Source of the DNA: Candidatus Micrarchaeota archaeon
Lineage (GTDB): Archaea; Micrarchaeota; Micrarchaeia; Micrarchaeales; CABMGC01
Assembly: GCA_027334165.1 (NCBI GenBank)
Contig: DAHWXM010000015.1
Span: 13,832 to 77,831, forward strand
DNA length: 64,000 bases
Reading direction: 5' to 3'
Both the position numbers and the translations under genes were made by a program. Of the stretch, positions 8,831-19,469 are shown piece by piece. Position 1 is the first letter of the stretch, and each line of letters starts with the position of its first letter. Under the pieces are notes generated by a model that saw nothing but the letters and a program-made list of their open reading frames with translations, did no database searches and was not told where the DNA came from.

Positions 8831-10477
8831 ATGGCAGAAAATCAATTAGGAGGACAGCAGTACATGATATTGCCCGAAGGGGCATCCAGGCTTATCGGCA
8901 AGGAAGCCCAGCGTACCAACATAGCCGTTGGTTATGCGGTAGCTAGTATAGTCCGGACCACTCTAGGGCCTAAGGGAATGGACAAGATGCTCGTAAGCGA
9001 ACTCGGCGATCTCATAATAACAAACGATGGAGCAACAATCCTTGAAGAAATGAACGTCGAGCATCCAGTTGCAAAGATACTCGTTAACGTCGCAAAGACA
9101 CAGGACAAAGAGGTCGGCGACGGAACGACAACGGCAGTGATACTCTCGGGAGACCTGCTCAGGAATGCCGGGTCGCTCCTCGATCAGGGTGTGCCGCCTG
9201 CCGCAATAATCAAGGGTTACGAAATGGCGCAGGAGAAGGCAAAGACCCTTCTCAGGGCAGCTGCCAACCCAATAACCGTGGAGGATGATGAGAAACTGCA
9301 GGAGATAGCCTCTGTGTCTGTAGGGTCCAAGAACGTGGGCAGCGACCAGACAAAGAAGTACCTCACCAAGCTCGCCATACAGGCGGTAAAACAGGTCGCG
9401 ATAAAGGAGAACGGTCAGATAAGGATCGATCGCGACTTCATAAAGATAGAGAAAAAGGAGGGCGGCAGCATAGAGGATACGCAGTTCATAAATGGCGTGC
9501 TGATAGACAAGGAGGTCGCGCACCCTGGAATGCCAAAGATGATCAAGAATGCCGCAATAGCTATACTTGACGTCGCCCTAGAGATAGAGAAGACGGAGGT
9601 AGACGCAAAGATAGAGATAACCTCGCCTGACCAGATGCAGGCCTTCCTAGCGCAGGAGGAAAAGATGCTCAAGGAGATGGTAGAGAAGGTGGTTGCGAGC
9701 AAGGCCAACGCTATCTTCGTGCAGAAGGGGATAGACGACGTAGCCCAGCATTACCTGTCCAAGGCCGGCATAATGGCGGTCAGGAGGGTCAAGAAGAGTG
9801 ACATAGAGAAGATATCCCGCGCTACCGGCGCAAAGCTCATAACGAGCCTTGATGATCTGACGCAGTCCGATCTCGGCTTTGCCGGATTGGTGGAGGAAAG
9901 GAAGGTCGGAGGAGAGCAAATGGTGTTTGTGGAGAAGTGCAAGGATCCAAAGAGCGTCACTATACTAGTCAGGGCGGGCACTAAGCAGGCCGCAGATGAA
10001 GTAGAACGCGCCCTCACCGATGTGATGGGTTCCCTCGCCAGTGTAATCGAGGACGGAAAGTACATAACCGGAGGAGGCAGCACCGAGGTCGAGATGGCAC
10101 TCAAGCTCAGGGACTACGCGACCGACGTGGGTGGCAGGGAACAGCTCGCAATACAGGCGTTCGCAGATGCCCTGGAAGTCGTTCCAAAGACCCTGGCGGA
10201 AAGCGCTGGCATGGACCCGATAGATACGCTAGTGCAGCTCCGAAGCAAACACAAGCTCAAGGATGGCAAGATCTTCGGTGTGGACGTTTTCAAGAATGCC
10301 ATAAGCGACATGGACAAGCTTGGCGTGATAGAGCCTCTCAAGGTGAAGTCACAGGCCATATCCAGTGCAGTGGAGGCAGCAGCATCCATACTCAGGATAG
10401 ACGATATGATAAGCGCGAAGGGCAGAAGCCCTGGTGGCGCAGGAGGCATGCCTCCAGGAGGCATGGGAGAGGACTAA
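8831..10477 (+). CDS. ths: Thermosome subunit (group II chaperonin)
   Basis: [31 protein letters not shown]..., [28 protein letters not shown] and the C-terminal [14 protein letters not shown] tail. Start moved to Met19 of the ORF. Confidence 0.95.
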   Translation: MAENQLGGQQYMILPEGASRLIGKEAQRTNIAVGYAVASIVRTTLGPKGMDKMLVSELGDLIITNDGATILEEMNVEHPVAKILVNVAKTQDKEVGDGTTTAVILSGDLLRNAGSLLDQGVPPAAIIKGYEMAQEKAKTLLRAAANPITVEDDEKLQEIASVSVGSKNVGSDQTKKYLTKLAIQAVKQVAIKENGQIRIDRDFIKIEKKEGGSIEDTQFINGVLIDKEVAHPGMPKMIKNAAIAILDVALEIEKTEVDAKIEITSPDQMQAFLAQEEKMLKEMVEKVVASKANAIFVQKGIDDVAQHYLSKAGIMAVRRVKKSDIEKISRATGAKLITSLDDLTQSDLGFAGLVEERKVGGEQMVFVEKCKDPKSVTILVRAGTKQAADEVERALTDVMGSLASVIEDGKYITGGGSTEVEMALKLRDYATDVGGREQLAIQAFADALEVVPKTLAESAGMDPIDTLVQLRSKHKLKDGKIFGVDVFKNAISDMDKLGVIEPLKVKSQAISSAVEAAASILRIDDMISAKGRSPGGAGGMPPGGMGED

Positions 10478-10524
10478 CGTCCTCCCCAGGCATTTTCATG
10501 CATGAACACTGAGTGTGTGTTAGA

Positions 10525-11112
10525 ATGACCAAGCTCATACTGTTTGTTGGAACTCCCGGCGCTGGCAAGTCTACCCTGCTAGGTGCGCTGTCGGAGAAGT
10601 ACAAGGACATACGGTACATAAATCTAGGCACCGAGATGCTTAAGATAGCCAAGGAGCGTATGGGCATGGACAACAGGGAAGCCCTTGGCACCATGAGCGA
10701 CACGGAGATAAAGACCCAGAGAGAATTGGCGTTCAAGAACATAATCGCAGACAAGACGGATGCGATAATAGACACGCATCTCACGATAAAGTTTGGAAGG
10801 AGATATGTGCCCGGAGTGACCATAGAGGAGCTTAAGAATATAAGGATCAGCGCCATAATATACATAGACGCCACGGCGCAAGAGATATGGAATAGGAGGC
10901 ACAACGATGTCTCTAAACCCGGAAGGCGCAACATGGGCGACTCGGTCCTTGAAATAGACGAGCACAGGGGAGTAAATCTCGCGATACTCTCGTCCTGCGC
11001 AATCTATTTAAGCATACCAATATACATCATATACAATAGCGACGGAAAACAGGAAGATGCTGTTTCCGAGCTCGAGAACATAATAAAGGAGCACTTTTAT
11101 ACAAATGCGTGA
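10525..11112 (+). CDS. adkA: Archaeal-type adenylate kinase
   Basis: P-loop FVGTPGAGKST, about 195 aa with the AdkA-like layout. It sits in the conserved adk-DUF106-L34e-cmk-L14e archaeal block. Confidence 0.75.
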   Translation: MTKLILFVGTPGAGKSTLLGALSEKYKDIRYINLGTEMLKIAKERMGMDNREALGTMSDTEIKTQRELAFKNIIADKTDAIIDTHLTIKFGRRYVPGVTIEELKNIRISAIIYIDATAQEIWNRRHNDVSKPGRRNMGDSVLEIDEHRGVNLAILSSCAIYLSIPIYIIYNSDGKQEDAVSELENIIKEHFYTNA

Positions 11113-11591
11113 GTAAATTGAGCCTGATAATACCAGAACTCTTGGCAATATCCCTTATAGACGTGATAATTTCGATATCCGTTCAAAGGACGATCATCAA
11201 GGCAGAGAAGACGTTCAAATTGCAGGAGGACCTAAAGAGGATACAGGCGGAGTTAAAGGAACTTATGGACAGGAAGGCAGGCGCAGAGGATCTGGCGAAG
11301 AAGCAGAAGGAACTCGGCTCCGCGTTTTCCGCGACGACCAAGCACCAGATGCGCGCCACTCCCGTGCTGTTCGTGATATCCATAGCGTTCTACTTTCTAC
11401 TGCTGCCACACCTGTTCCCTTCCGGAACGGCCACGCTGAACCTGCTTGTTACCTCGATAAAGTATCAGACGTTCCAGGACAACACCTACTTCATAATCTT
11501 CACGTTCATCATCAGCATAACCATGCAGATGGTGTTGCAGGCTCGCGACAGGAAGCGCTTCGGTGCGAAGAAAGCCGCCCAGCCCGAATAG
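11109..11591 (+). CDS. DUF106/EMC3-Oxa1-like membrane protein
   Basis: TM - charged coiled coil (KLQEDLKRIQAELKELMDRKAGAEDLAKKQKEL) - TM - TM topology. Its position directly after adkA is conserved in archaea. Confidence 0.65.
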   Translation: MSKLSLIIPELLAISLIDVIISISVQRTIIKAEKTFKLQEDLKRIQAELKELMDRKAGAEDLAKKQKELGSAFSATTKHQMRATPVLFVISIAFYFLLLPHLFPSGTATLNLLVTSIKYQTFQDNTYFIIFTFIISITMQMVLQARDRKRFGAKKAAQPE

Positions 11592-11630
11592 CATTAAATA
11601 CCTTTGCAGCTCAATATTTAATTTCTAAAG

Positions 11631-11963
11631 GTGTTAGATTTGCCAAAACCAATGCACAGGTCGTCTAGTTTCAGGAGGCGCGACCGCGTTACCCCGAGCA
11701 AGAGACACGTCATACACTATGAGCGTAAGCCCGGGTCGCTTCCACACTGTCCAATATGCAAGATCGAGCTCAATGGCATATCTCCAAAGCAGGGCAGCAG
11801 CAAGAGCAGGAAGACCAACTCCAGGCTCTTCGGCGGAGTGCTCTGCTCGAAGTGCGCCGGCACCGTCATAAAGCTTGCAAGCAGGATAGAGCACGGCGAG
11901 ATGAAGCTAAACGACATAGGCATAGTCCAGAGAAACTATGTGCTGCAGATGATGTCGCACTAA
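11631..11963 (+). CDS. rpl34e: 50S ribosomal protein L34e
   Basis: PKPMHRSSSFRRRDRVTPSKRHVIHYERKP...CPICK...CSKC matches the L34e pattern. The true start is possibly the TTG at 11640. Confidence 0.85.
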   Translation: MLDLPKPMHRSSSFRRRDRVTPSKRHVIHYERKPGSLPHCPICKIELNGISPKQGSSKSRKTNSRLFGGVLCSKCAGTVIKLASRIEHGEMKLNDIGIVQRNYVLQMMSH

Positions 11964-11981
11964 TACAGCTGGCCTGACCAA

Positions 11982-12545
11982 ATGAAAGCCATAATCATAT
12001 CCGGTATGCCTGCGGCGGGAAAAACCACCGTATCAAAGATCATAGCCAAGCGCCTGGGCATAGCCGCCCTCAGTGCAGGCGACATACTCAAGGAGATGGC
12101 AAAGGATCGAGGATACGATCCCGAGGGGGACGATTGGTGGGACACTTCGGACGGCATAAAGTTCATGAAGGAGCGGGAGACCAACCCTGATTTTGACCGC
12201 GAGACGGACAGTAGACTGCTCAAAAAGATCCGTGCGGGAAACATCGTGGTTACGAGTTACACCGCTCCATGGATATTCAAAGACGAGGGCTTCAAGGTGT
12301 GGTTGAACGCCGAGTCCGAGAAACGCGCCGAGCGTATGGCCGTGCGCGACAACACCGACCTGAAGCAGACGATAAAAACCACAAAGATCCGCGACGAGGA
12401 GAACTACAAGCTGTACAAGAAGTTGTACAACATGGAGCTAGGGAAGGATAAGGTTCCATTCGACATGATAGTGGATACGGACAACATACCCGCCGCGGAG
12501 GTTGCGGAGATCATAATAAGAAAGCTCAAGGAGGTCGACATCTGA
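11982..12545 (+). CDS. cmk: Cytidylate kinase, archaeal type
   Basis: P-loop ISGMPAAGKTT, about 187 aa, and the conserved position between L34e and L14e. Confidence 0.85.
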   Translation: MKAIIISGMPAAGKTTVSKIIAKRLGIAALSAGDILKEMAKDRGYDPEGDDWWDTSDGIKFMKERETNPDFDRETDSRLLKKIRAGNIVVTSYTAPWIFKDEGFKVWLNAESEKRAERMAVRDNTDLKQTIKTTKIRDEENYKLYKKLYNMELGKDKVPFDMIVDTDNIPAAEVAEIIIRKLKEVDI

Positions 12546-12665
12546 CCTCTGCATACGCGCTTACCGCACGTATTAAATCCTTTTCCGAACAAATCATCAT
12601 GTTGGCCGTGCACGTGCGTGGCCGTCTTCTGCGGGAAACCGCAGCCAAACGCTTAAAGTGATGTT

Positions 12666-12902
12666 ATGCCTTTGATAGAAACTGGTAGAGTTTGCATAAA
12701 GCGGCTAGGCCGCGATGCAGGAGACAAGGCCGTAGTGACCAAAGTAATAGACGCTAATTTCGTCAGCATAGTCACGTCACGGCGCCCCAAGGAGAGGAAA
12801 TGCAATGTCAAGCATCTGGAATTCCTGTCCGAAATGATCGATGGCGCGAGCAAGGATCAGATAGCAAAAGTGCTGGAGATAGATGCGTCAAAGCTCAAGT
12901 GA
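12666..12902 (+). CDS. rpl14e: 50S ribosomal protein L14e
   Basis: MPLIETGRVCIKRLGRDAGDKAVVTKVID... is a KOW-like L14e N-terminus. 78 aa, in conserved context. Confidence 0.85.
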   Translation: MPLIETGRVCIKRLGRDAGDKAVVTKVIDANFVSIVTSRRPKERKCNVKHLEFLSEMIDGASKDQIAKVLEIDASKLK

Positions 12903-12986
12903 GGCAAACGGGCTGCAGTTGTAATCCATCCTCAGCGCCAGCTGCAGAAAGAATAAAAGCCTTGGCGCACATTTAGAATCGATCGC

Positions 12987-14303
12987 ATGCCGAAGCAACC
13001 AAGCTCAAGGATACGCGGAATACTAGCTGCTGATGGGAAGGTTCTACTCACAACCACACGCCTGCCATACGTTTTCATGGCCGATAGGGCTGACGGTGAC
13101 TTTGCCTATGACGTAAACGGAAAGAGATACATCGATTTCTCAAGCTTCATAGCCGTGTATAATTTTGGCTCCGGCTCGATAAGGGAGGTAAAGTCTGCGG
13201 TGAAGAAGCAGACGGACAAGTTGATGCACGCCGCGTTCTACGACTTCTACTCTGAGTTGCCTGTCGAATTCGCGGCGCGATTGCTTGGCATGTTCCCCAA
13301 GGGCTTCGGGCGGGTCTTCTTCTCCAATTCCGGGACCGAGGCCAATGAGGCCGCCCTGAAGTTTGCCAGGATATTCACCGGAAGGCCGTACTCCATAGCA
13401 TTCTACGGCGGTTTCCATGGGCGCACACTCGGCTCTCTCAGCCTCACCGCATCCAAGTCTAAGTACAGGAAGCGCTTCGGTCCGTTTGCAAACGTGGTCC
13501 ATGCGCCCTATGCTTATTGTTACAGGTGCCCGCTCGGTAAGGAGTACCCATCCTGCGGGGTGGCGTGCGCCGATTACATAGAGGATTATGTGCTCGGCAA
13601 GGATGTGTCAGCAGATGAGGTCGGTGCCATTTTCGTCGAACCAGTCCAGGGCGAAGGCGGATACATAGTTCCACCGGTAGAGTTCCTGCAAAAGATAAGA
13701 CGCATAGCCGATAGGAACGGCATGGTCCTGGTTTCCGACGAAGTGCAGGCCGGATACATGCGCACGGGAAAATTTCTAGGGATGGACAACTTCGGTATCG
13801 AGGCAGATATTTACACCATGGCAAAGGCGCTCGGAGGCGGGCTCCCGTTCGGTGCCACAATCACGCGCTCATCACTCGGTGACGTACCCTCGGGCTCACA
13901 CTCGAGCACGTTCGGCGGCAATCTGGTGTCGGTGGCTGCTGCAGACGCACTCCTAGGATATGTGAACAGGAACAAGGCACGCCTCGAACGATACTCGCAC
14001 GACAAAGGCGCTTACATGCGCAGGCGCCTGGAGGAGATGAAGGAGCGCTATGAGATCGTTGGAGATGTGCGCGGCATAGGCATGATGATGGGCATGGAGA
14101 TAGTAAAGAGCAAGATGTCCAAGGAACCCGGCATAAAGGAAGTTGAAGGGATACTGAAATCGTGCTTTGCGAGCGGCCTGCTGCTCATGCCCGCCGGGAT
14201 ATCCACGATCCGCATCATTCCCCCGATAACAATGTCGATGGCAAACCTGTCGAAAGGGCTTGACACAATAGAGGCTGCGGTGAGGGGCGTGTCTAAATTG
14301 TAA
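12987..14303 (+). CDS. Class III pyridoxal-phosphate aminotransferase (acetylornithine/GABA aminotransferase family)
   Basis: SNSGTEANEAALKFAR, VSDEVQAGYMRTGKF and TMAKALGGGLP (PLP lysine region). Confidence 0.85.
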   Translation: MPKQPSSRIRGILAADGKVLLTTTRLPYVFMADRADGDFAYDVNGKRYIDFSSFIAVYNFGSGSIREVKSAVKKQTDKLMHAAFYDFYSELPVEFAARLLGMFPKGFGRVFFSNSGTEANEAALKFARIFTGRPYSIAFYGGFHGRTLGSLSLTASKSKYRKRFGPFANVVHAPYAYCYRCPLGKEYPSCGVACADYIEDYVLGKDVSADEVGAIFVEPVQGEGGYIVPPVEFLQKIRRIADRNGMVLVSDEVQAGYMRTGKFLGMDNFGIEADIYTMAKALGGGLPFGATITRSSLGDVPSGSHSSTFGGNLVSVAAADALLGYVNRNKARLERYSHDKGAYMRRRLEEMKERYEIVGDVRGIGMMMGMEIVKSKMSKEPGIKEVEGILKSCFASGLLLMPAGISTIRIIPPITMSMANLSKGLDTIEAAVRGVSKL

Positions 14304-14304
14304 C

Positions 14305-17300
14305 TCAGAAGTACTTCATCAGGCTGAACTGCCCCTCAGTGGCATTTGCATCTATCCCCTTGCCCGTAAATATCTCGTTAATCTCGTCCCTGACCAGATA
14401 GAGCCTCTGCCGTATGTACGGCTCAAGACTGTACCTCTCGGCCAAGCCTATTGCCATCTCCAGATACTTCTCTATGCCTCCCTTCGATATGGTTAGCAGG
14501 AGCTTGCCCCCGTCACGTACGCACTTTCCGGACAGCGGCACCCTCCTGTACTTCGCATTGCAGGATGAGCACCTAAATGTTTGCCGTGAGAACGAGTGCA
14601 TGTTTCCTATGAGGTCAGGTATGAAGTGGCTCGTTATCACCCTCTTCGCCGCGTCCCGCTTGTCCACTGCGGCTATCTTGTCCATGAGCCCGAACTCTGC
14701 ATCTACCTTCTCCTGCATGGTGTTGAGTTCTGCGTAGAGACTCCTCTTCGGCGCCGCCTCAACCGCCATTTTGGATGATCCGTGGGTGAACATGATGTCA
14801 GAATAAACGCTTCTGTCTTTTAACCTGCCCTCGACAAGCTCTATGCCCGCCTCTGCCGGAGACGCGTACTCATATGTCTTCGCGTAAAATTGCAGCGGAT
14901 ATCTTTCAACGGTCTCCATCGCATGCACTTCGTCATCAACCTCTTCGGGTTTCACGTTAAGGGTAAGTATGAGCGGCGTGTCCATTGTCCCGCCGACGCT
15001 TTCCGGGAGGTACGTCCTGGAGAAGTTTATCAGCGCGTCAAGGAGCAGCATTACCGTATCCTCGTCTCCGTCGCAGTTTCTCCTCCTAGCCGATATCGTG
15101 TACGGATGCGCGAACCCTACGTTTGCCTGCGTGAATCCCACGACACGATTGAGCACACCGCATGATGTGTGAGGAGAGAGGGATATGACCAGTTTGCCTA
15201 TCATGTCCTGTATCGTAACTGCATTGTAGAATCTCGGAAGACCATAGAGTCTGTCAAGTATGTCATCAACGAACTGTGATATTCGAAGCATGTCATCCCC
15301 TCCCTTCCTATTCATTATTATGTCCTGATGCCTCAATTCTACAAGCTGGTCCTCGTTTGTGAGCGGTTCGCCTCTGTAGTCGGTGTCATATCCCATCGCG
15401 CGCAATTTGTCTATGCTGACACCCGCCTCGTACGGGTAGAAATGCGTCAGCGGCGCATCAGTGGAATCGAACCTTGAAGTTCCATCCTTGAACATGTGCA
15501 CATTGTGTGCGGCCCGCAGCACCCCCTTCTCAAGAGGTTCTGCTATCCGTTCCCTATTTGTTAGGCCCCTGACCCCCTTGAGCATCGCAGGCAGCTTTGA
15601 GACTCCGGCAACCTGCAGGGCGTCGGTCACCATCTTGACGAGATTTATCTCTCGCTCTTCATAAGCAACGGTGTCCGTTTTGCAGAACTCGCACTTCTGC
15701 ATCAATGACAGCCTGCCGCACGCGGGGCACTTATACTCTATCTCGCACCGCCTTCCACAGTCCCTGCAATATCTGGTTTCCTTTATCAGCTTGCACTCCG
15801 GGCAGCGATACCTCGCTACCTCCATCCTTAATCCAGATCTGAATTTCTTCGAGTCTATGGCGTAAGCAGAAGAGATGTTCCTTGCCGGTCCTCCATACGC
15901 GCCTATCGGAAATAGCACGTTCGGGGCCGGCTTCATGAGCCTCTCTCTCGCCTTCTCAGGTCTTCCTATCCTCGCTCCTATGAACGTCGACCTTTTCGGT
16001 ATCGCGATGGGTGCTATCCTCCGCATTATCTGCAGCGTGCTCTGCTCGTCTCCCGCATACTCCGCAGAGTGGTTCGCAGTTATGTCCACGAAAGCCTCCG
16101 GGCCCTTGACGAAGCCAAGGGACGCAATAAGCGCGTGCGCATTGTCCCTATCTATCGATATCACACCATTGTCGATCCTATGAGGCACGCACATCCTCTC
16201 AAGAATCCTTTTCACGCTTCCGGTGTTTGCAAGCCTAATTCCATCCACTTCAGAGAGTTTTTCCGGCCACCCGTCACTGGATCCCTGTATGCCCAGGGCC
16301 AGCTCTCCAAGCTGAGCAGGGCTGACAGCCTGGAACTCGAACAGATACTTCGGGTGGATGCCCACATTGGTCTTAAATGCGATCTCATAAGCATCAATAA
16401 ACGTCTCCGGTTCCTTGACTTCTGAAATGTCCACGCCATGTGCCTCCGCTACCTGTGCACGCCATAGTTCCTCAACGAAGCTGGTCGGCTGTAGCAGCGT
16501 GTTTGACTTTCTGAAGTCGCCGTAGGTGACAAGGATGTCGCCCATGTAAAGTATCTCGTCTATTTCGTCCTTCAGCCGCGCTGCTATCTCCGCATCGTTT
16601 ATCCTGAGCGCCTCTCCAGATTTCAACCTTACGAATGGCCCCTCGATCGAATCGACCGGCATAGCTACGCATCCCTTACCAGGAAGTTCGACCTTGAGCT
16701 GCGTGCCAGTAGCTATGAACCCCTTTGTCAGCAACATCGTTGCCGGATTGAATCCCTTCGCCGCTATTCCTGTGAACCTGCTCCTGCCGTACCGAAGCCT
16801 GAATCCCCCAAGCGCTCCGGGATAAGCGAGTATCGGCCTTCCAGCAGCAAGGTCCTCGAGGAACACGCTCGTGTTCTTAGCCGTGTCTGTCTTCTTCACG
16901 TCCACCTTTATGACCCCGTTGAGCCAGTCCCAGTCCATGCCCACTCCCCTGACCTCCTTTACAAGCTTCTTCGCCTTCTGTGCTATCCCCTCACAGACCA
17001 CTAGCGCTATGCCTCCCCTGACTTTATTCGGCACCGCAATCTCTTTCCCATTTATGTCGGTCTTCTTCATATTCGAGTGCACGCCAACGTCTATCTGTTC
17101 CGTTGGAACGCCGTCGACGCAGACAGGGCAGTTCCCGACAATTACCCGTATGTCATCATCACCAGGCCTGTACTGCAGCCTCGCCGCACGTGTGTGGTAA
17201 AGCTCTATCTCCTCAACATACCTCTCCACCTCGTCCATTGTCGGCCTGTACTGTCCAACCCCGAAAAATTTCCTTGCATAGTCCGCCAGGGCTACGGACA

Positions 17301-17751
17301 GCGCAGCCGCGGTACCTCCGGCACCACGTATCGGGCCCGCATACACTACGGCTATGTAATCGGAACCGTCCTGGTTCCTGTACGCCTTGACTCCCTGTAT
17401 GCCTTCCGTTGGTGCAACCAGTATCCCCTCGGTAAGTATCGCCGTGCCCACTTTTACTGCAACACCTATCCTGTCGTATTTGCTGTTGGTCTCAAACCTG
17501 TCGTTCGTGCATATTTCCTTGACCACGTCGAAGGCGAGCCTGCTCCTGGACTGGCCTGTGGACTTGCTGCGTATGAGCTCGCCTATGCCTTCTATTCCTG
17601 TAAGGCCCTCCACCCTGCTAGCCAAATCCGGCGCTGGGCGTATCTCTACGGTAGTCTTGGGGTCAATACCCTTCGCTCTCGCCAATCGTGCCTGGTCGTA
17701 TGCCTTGTGGAACTCTTCCGAGAGCCTATTGAAATAGTCATCAATGTCCAT
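14305..17751 (-). CDS. dp2: DNA polymerase II (family D) large subunit DP2
   Basis: 1149 aa from MDIDDYFNRLSEEFHKAYDQARLARAKGIDP. Cys clusters CPECK...CRDCG...CPACG...CEFC. A TATA-like AAAGTATATATTGG on the minus strand about 35-40 nt upstream supports Met43 of the ORF as the start. No intein is evident. Confidence 0.95.
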   Translation of the reverse strand: MDIDDYFNRLSEEFHKAYDQARLARAKGIDPKTTVEIRPAPDLASRVEGLTGIEGIGELIRSKSTGQSRSRLAFDVVKEICTNDRFETNSKYDRIGVAVKVGTAILTEGILVAPTEGIQGVKAYRNQDGSDYIAVVYAGPIRGAGGTAAALSVALADYARKFFGVGQYRPTMDEVERYVEEIELYHTRAARLQYRPGDDDIRVIVGNCPVCVDGVPTEQIDVGVHSNMKKTDINGKEIAVPNKVRGGIALVVCEGIAQKAKKLVKEVRGVGMDWDWLNGVIKVDVKKTDTAKNTSVFLEDLAAGRPILAYPGALGGFRLRYGRSRFTGIAAKGFNPATMLLTKGFIATGTQLKVELPGKGCVAMPVDSIEGPFVRLKSGEALRINDAEIAARLKDEIDEILYMGDILVTYGDFRKSNTLLQPTSFVEELWRAQVAEAHGVDISEVKEPETFIDAYEIAFKTNVGIHPKYLFEFQAVSPAQLGELALGIQGSSDGWPEKLSEVDGIRLANTGSVKRILERMCVPHRIDNGVISIDRDNAHALIASLGFVKGPEAFVDITANHSAEYAGDEQSTLQIMRRIAPIAIPKRSTFIGARIGRPEKARERLMKPAPNVLFPIGAYGGPARNISSAYAIDSKKFRSGLRMEVARYRCPECKLIKETRYCRDCGRRCEIEYKCPACGRLSLMQKCEFCKTDTVAYEEREINLVKMVTDALQVAGVSKLPAMLKGVRGLTNRERIAEPLEKGVLRAAHNVHMFKDGTSRFDSTDAPLTHFYPYEAGVSIDKLRAMGYDTDYRGEPLTNEDQLVELRHQDIIMNRKGGDDMLRISQFVDDILDRLYGLPRFYNAVTIQDMIGKLVISLSPHTSCGVLNRVVGFTQANVGFAHPYTISARRRNCDGDEDTVMLLLDALINFSRTYLPESVGGTMDTPLILTLNVKPEEVDDEVHAMETVERYPLQFYAKTYEYASPAEAGIELVEGRLKDRSVYSDIMFTHGSSKMAVEAAPKRSLYAELNTMQEKVDAEFGLMDKIAAVDKRDAAKRVITSHFIPDLIGNMHSFSRQTFRCSSCNAKYRRVPLSGKCVRDGGKLLLTISKGGIEKYLEMAIGLAERYSLEPYIRQRLYLVRDEINEIFTGKGIDANATEGQFSLMKYF

Positions 17752-17827
17752 GCAAAACACCGGCAAGGGAATTTGCCATGCATCCAATATATACTTTTCC
17801 GGCGGTCCGTGCGACAGCACGTCGTGT

Positions 17828-19375
17828 CTACTGTGCGTCCTCCGCAAAGTTGAAATCCACTTCCGATAGCCTAGCACTCTTAGTTTCGTACACCTGCAGC
17901 AGTGCCGGCGTGGGCATGTGACCCAGCTTTACCTGATAAGGGGTCTTAGATTGCCATGTGCCGCTGTTGAGTATGAGGGTGCCGTGATAGTCTGCGTTGC
18001 CGTTGCGATGCACGTGCCCCATATGCATGATGTCCGGTATCTCGCTTATTATGAGCGGGTCCTTCTTCCCCGGAACTATCGGATTATCTCCGTACACCGG
18101 GGTCAGGTGCCTGCGCTTCAGCACTTCCGCCATGGCGATCTCCGGTTTGCTGTAGCTGCATCCCGGTATGGCTTGTATTATGGAGTCTAACGATGTGCCG
18201 TGGTATCCGAGCACCTTCAACCCGTGCAGCGTCATAAATCCGGGATTCGATACGAAATGGATGTTGTCTTTCTTGAAATCATGCAACAGGTCATCAGTGA
18301 GCGGCGGCTGCGGCTCCGCCAGTCTCACCGCGTCGTGGTTGCCTGGCAGAAGGAATACCTCTATGTGGTCCGGTATTTTGTCCATGAAATCGAACAGCAC
18401 TGCGTATTGCTTGTATATGTCCGGTATCGAGAGTTCTTTGTCCTGATTCGGGTAGACTCCTATGCCATCGACCAGGTCCCCGCTCGCAACTATGTACTTG
18501 ACCTTTCCAGCAAGGTCTTTCCTGTGGCTTATCCCCCCATTGAGCCACGATATGAATCTCGAGAATTGCCTCTCCCTGAAGAGTTTGCTGCCCACATGTA
18601 TGTCTGATATGAACGCCATCGCTATGTCGTCCTCTGTTGTCTTCCTGAGCCTGATCGGCACGTCGGGCCACAGTATAAGGTTGGCTATTATGAAGGGCCC
18701 GGATATCTTGCCGCGCACCGCAAGAACCTCATCCGTTACTATCCGGGTAGCAGAATCGAAAAGCACTGACGCTTCTCTACCTCCCTCCTTCTGCGGCCTG
18801 ATGAATAGAACCTTCACGCTTCCGGTCTCATCCTCGAGGGTCGCCATTACGTGCCCATTCTTGGTCACTATCTTGTCGTACACCATTCCGACTACGCTGA
18901 CCTCCCTGCCGTTGGCGTACTGCCTTACGCCCTCTATCCTGTTCAGCATGCTGCCCAATGACGCTCCACGCGCATTGCCGAAGAACTCCCTGAGCTTTTC
19001 AAGCCTGTCATTGAAGTATGCCGTGAAGTCTGCCACGTCCCCCTTTGTCTGCATCTCGTCTGCGTTCCTGATGCTGAACCTCGATTCGATATCCTTTGCC
19101 GGTGCCGCTTCCTGCGGAACCTTTGGTGACTCTATTCGGTCAGGGCTCTTCTCTTCCTTCATCTCCTTTATCTGAAAGAGTAGTGCCTTGTCCAAGAGCC
19201 TGAATCCCTCCGTCCCTTCAAAGTGCCCCAGGATCTTTGCAACGAGTGTTTCAAACTCGATACCCGCAATGTCCGCGTCAGACACGTCGGAACTGAGGGT
19301 GACCTTCCCAGCGAGTCTCTTGGCAAGCTCCGTCCTTGGGGAGGAGTCGCTCGTTTTTCCATTTTCCCTGTCCAT
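17828..19375 (-). CDS. dp1: DNA polymerase II (family D) small subunit DP1
   Basis: Calcineurin-like phosphoesterase motifs FISDIHVGS, GNHDA and MGHVH, plus an OB-fold region. Start at MDRENGK, with a minus-strand TATA (CATATAT) centred about 29 nt upstream. The ORF extension to 19699 overlaps the neighbouring gene. Confidence 0.9.
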   Translation of the reverse strand: MDRENGKTSDSSPRTELAKRLAGKVTLSSDVSDADIAGIEFETLVAKILGHFEGTEGFRLLDKALLFQIKEMKEEKSPDRIESPKVPQEAAPAKDIESRFSIRNADEMQTKGDVADFTAYFNDRLEKLREFFGNARGASLGSMLNRIEGVRQYANGREVSVVGMVYDKIVTKNGHVMATLEDETGSVKVLFIRPQKEGGREASVLFDSATRIVTDEVLAVRGKISGPFIIANLILWPDVPIRLRKTTEDDIAMAFISDIHVGSKLFRERQFSRFISWLNGGISHRKDLAGKVKYIVASGDLVDGIGVYPNQDKELSIPDIYKQYAVLFDFMDKIPDHIEVFLLPGNHDAVRLAEPQPPLTDDLLHDFKKDNIHFVSNPGFMTLHGLKVLGYHGTSLDSIIQAIPGCSYSKPEIAMAEVLKRRHLTPVYGDNPIVPGKKDPLIISEIPDIMHMGHVHRNGNADYHGTLILNSGTWQSKTPYQVKLGHMPTPALLQVYETKSARLSEVDFNFAEDAQ

Positions 19376-19469
19376 GGGCTCGCCTATCCTGCGCCAGGAT
19401 GATATATGCACGCTTGTGAATATATACCTGATGCGGATCGTTCCGCGTGTTATGCCCATGCAATTACGG

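Noticed and set aside
12541-12600. Possible C/D-box sRNA on the minus strand (ATGATGA C-box-like string at about 12599-12593, TCAGA near 12541).
   Set aside because: There is no proper CUGA D box and no internal D'/C' boxes at the expected spacing.
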